From: Isurus oxyrinchus
Lineage: Eukaryota
Direction of reading: 5' to 3'
DNA: 64,000 bases
NCBI GenBank assembly: GCA_026770705.1
Contig: JANJGN010000049.1
Coordinates: forward strand, 4,030,001-4,094,000
Below the pieces are notes generated by a model. The model was not told the origin of the DNA. It saw only the letters and a program-made list of their open reading frames with translations, and did no database searches. This document shows positions 63,100-64,000 of this stretch, piece by piece; the first letter of the stretch is position 1; each line of letters starts with the position of its first letter. The position numbers and the translations under genes are program-made.

Positions 63100-64000
63100 T
63101 GTCTATTTATTGATTCTTTTTGAAACGAGTGTTGATCACTCATTGATTAGAAACGTTTAAAGGCTTCACCATAATCAGAGGAGTGAGGGTTTAAATTTCG
63201 CCACAGATCTGGAAAACATCACACTCGTGAGTGGCAGTGAAGGAAGAGGAGAGGAGAAGGGCTGTTTACAAAGCAAAGTACCTTCTTGCAGTACATCTGC
63301 TGAACAATATAAGCTTATCACAGCTCTGCTTTATTCACATTGAAATCCAGTGTGAAAATCAATTACAAAGCTGAACAACGGGGAGGAGAGTGACTGTGGA
63401 TAATCGGCACTGTGCACCTTCCTGTAATCAGTATCTGGGAGAACCAGAAAGATGAGATCCAGGTGTCTCACGAGTTATCCATTCCCACGAACTGACTGTG
63501 TCTGCATCGAGCAGCTCATTGACCTCGGGGCTGAACGGGCAGAGGGAGCTGGAGGCGAGGCAGAGACAGAAGCAGGAAGAAATGCAACAATAAAGTGCTT
63601 TGAATTTGATGTGTCAGTTGTTTTCAGTGATGAATGTCTGGCTTGTAAGTTTCACAGGAGCCGCAGTGCTTAGTTGGTGTTTTTTTTTCAAGCAGCAGGA
63701 TTTAAAAGTAAAAAGATAAAAGCAAATTACTGCAAATGATGGAAATCTGAAACAAACACAGAAAATGCTGGAAAAGCTCAGCAGCTGGAGGGAGAAACAG
63801 AGTCAAAGCTTCCAGACCGTACAACTCTTAATCAGATTTTCATGATTAACTAACCATGAATGTGAAAAATTGTCTCGTATCCCAACATACATGGATAAAC
63901 CTATTGCTTTCCGCCTGATACCTCAAATTGGTCGGAAGTTTAAAGTGTGGGACGTAATCGGCCTACAAAAGCCTCAAGGTTGCAATGCATTCCCCTGAAT

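Overview
Cartilaginous-fish (shark) genomic DNA; the constant exons closely resemble horn shark-type IgM as I recall it. 1-16 kb is decayed repeat sequence: CR1-type LINE pieces, Penelope termini and minisatellites. 16.3-36.3 kb holds one complete, unrearranged cluster-type immunoglobulin heavy-chain gene on the + strand: L-V-(23)/(12)-D1-(22)/(12)-D2-(12)/(23)-J-Cmu1-Cmu2-Cmu3-Cmu4/secretory tail-TM1-TM2. It is a pseudogene: frameshifts in V and CH3, stops in CH1, CH4 and the tail, yet all splice sites and most RSSs are kept. Its V looks IgW-type although the constant region is mu. 40-64 kb is a decaying, segmentally duplicated and inverted tRNA cassette array (Ser, Glu, Lys, Asn, Val, Thr, Leu). 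Two observations stand out. (1) A 237-bp composite retro-insertion of U6 snRNA nt 1-97, a tRNA-like A/B-box module and a hairpin tail, with two paralogous empty sites in the same window; this is a candidate U6-headed SINE. (2) The IgW-like V joined to a Cmu cluster. All family assignments are by eye from remembered sequences; no searches were run.
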